Shown here: positions 62,330-64,000 of the stretch, piece after piece
Numbering within the stretch: position 1 is the first letter of the stretch
Layout: each line of letters begins with the position of its first letter
The notes under the pieces: model-generated
What the model saw: only the letters and a program-made list of their open reading frames with translations
Told to the model about the DNA's origin: nothing
Databases searched by the model: none
NCBI GenBank assembly: GCA_973895155.1
Contig: OZ316898.1
Location: 13,422,330 to 13,486,329, forward strand
DNA length: 64,000 nucleotides
DNA from: Marsupella aquatica
Taxonomy: Eukaryota > Plantae > Marchantiophyta
Reading direction: 5' to 3'
Made by a program: the position numbers and the translations under genes

Positions 62330-64000
62330 TCTTCCCTTTCTTGTGTCCGTCGATTCCGTTCCGTCTCTCACGCTCTCACGCCATCCCTCGATTCCATCGA
62401 TTGTCCACCACTACTGCGCCGGAAGCTCCGGGTGGCGGGGCCGATCCATCCACGTGGGCTCGGCCCTCCTACTCTCCTAGCCAGCCCTTTTTGTCCTGCT
62501 CTCGTCCGCTCTTCTCGACGAAAGCACCTTTTTCGTCCTCCAGCTTTTCCCGTGAAATGTGAGAAGAATGAATGTGATTTCATGATTTCATCGTCGAGTC
62601 GAATCTTGCAACTCCGCTCTCTGGTTGCCATCGCTCTCTGTGTTCTTTAATCGTTTTCCTTCCGTGGGATGAGGCGACTGAGGTGATGTGAGCGTTTTTC
62701 TAATTGAATTCTACTGTGGACTCTTGAGGTGGGGACTCCGGGGAGGGAAAGAATGATTGATGAACTGTTTACTGTTTGCGAAACGGATGACTCGGATTGT
62801 TGATGGTTTTGTTCCGTTGGATCATATCCTTCTTGCGTGGAGTTCTTCCGTCTCGTTTCCAAGCGGACGAGGGAAGGTGAGCATTCCTTGCGTCGTCAGT
62901 GGAGCAGAAAGCTCCGTTGTTGGAGCTCCGGAGAGAATTGGTACATCTCTTCACAATTCTGCTACTTCTTCCGGCTCTAGAATTTGAGGTATTGTCACCT
63001 GTCTGAAAGTGCTTAACTCGATAGAAGGATCTCGAGGTGTAAAATTCGGTTTCAGGGGAGTGCTCGTGGAACCATTTTTTTGTGTGGCGTAGGCTTTGTA
63101 CCTGAAGTTTCAGTTGTTCTGTGTCTCTTTAACTGACGTGTCTATTGCCCACGGTATGATTTTGTCCGTCATACAGGGCAGACGGCAAGGACGGATGGGT
63201 CTCCGCAAGGCGGCAAGAGGAGACAAGAGATGGTTCTTAAGATCTTAAAATAGAGTCCAGTGAGAAGAAACCAAAACGAGAGGAGGAGCAGAGAAAGTGA
63301 AGGATGGTGTTTCTCGCTAGCGGGATTGTGCAACGACAGAAAGAAGCGGGCGTGGCGTTCTCTGTGCTTGGTAGCTGAAGGAACTAGGGAAGCGGATGCG
63401 TGGAGGAACTGAGTCGAAACAGATGTCGGTAGAGCGGTGTCAAAGGAGCCAAAACTTAAATGTGCAGGGTAGCCCCCTTGTTGTGTACGAAGCTGCAGTA
63501 GGTCGCGAAAGTAGGCTTAGGATTTCCCAAATAATGTAGAAAAGATGTGACTGATCCGCTGGTAAGGCACTTTCAATCAATTGCCGCGAAAGAATTTGTA
63601 TAGGCACGGAGCAAGCTTACGCTGGCGGAAGTGAGAGCCTTGACCGATAAATCGTTCCTGCGGCTGTCTTCAACACGTCCCAGTTTTCTGAATGGCGTCG
63701 ATGATTTGTATGCATCGACAGCGTCTCGCCTCTCTTGGGCAGCACCATTGAAGGAGAGATAAAGACTAGTCGACAAGAAATGAGGGAGGATTGGCTTTGC
63801 GAGACTGATTGAACTCAATGGCTCGAATTATGGTAGGAGTTGGATTGATGCAATATTCACCAGACCTGAAGACAGCTGAGGAGGACTTGAAGCGTAGATG
63901 AGATTGGATCAGCATGAAGTAGGGATGGTAGAGGCGGTGACCGTTTTTAAGGTAAGCGGATGAGGATCGAAGGGGAAGAAGAAGTGGAAGAAGAGGAAGA
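62330..64000 (+). other. Probable long spliced 5'UTR of a gene whose CDS lies beyond the window
   Basis: CT-rich leader from about 62330, donor GAG|GTATTG (about 62989) and acceptor CATACAG (about 63176), then purine-rich sequence with no long plus-strand ORF. Confidence 0.35.

Overview
Eukaryotic nuclear DNA from a land plant, most likely a liverwort or other bryophyte (inferred from short GT-AG introns, an intron-containing PPO with a signal peptide, and overall composition). There is no CRISPR array or rRNA. Five genes look intact. A 4-exon secreted-type polyphenol oxidase (-, 7420-9761), a 12-exon NOA1/RIF1 plastid cGTPase (+, 24328-28896) and an 8-exon tandem-BRCT BCP3/BCP4 (MDC1-counterpart) gene (-, 42395-49493) were spliced by hand into open frames. 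The other two are single ORFs: a small secreted 12-cysteine protein with a fungal effector-like (Ecp2/KP4-like) pattern (+, 35940-36353) and an intronless divergent calmodulin (+, 60206-60652). There is also an ATG-less two-EF-hand CML remnant (11678-12047) and a decayed Mutator-superfamily SWIM transposase (-, about 1179-5142) facing a convergent partial ORF. Intergenic DNA holds a Helitron-like element, Tc1/mariner-type and Mutator/hAT-type MITEs, a tandemly duplicated tRNA-like SINE head, a possible LINE remnant and many short tandem duplications. The most intriguing locus is 34.3-36.6 kb. It runs from an AT-rich repeat array through a truncated organelle-like tRNA-Ser(CGA), a TATA box and a 5'UTR intron to the fungal-like secreted cysteine-rich gene, a horizontal-transfer and antimicrobial candidate. 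All family assignments come from recalled motifs, not database searches.
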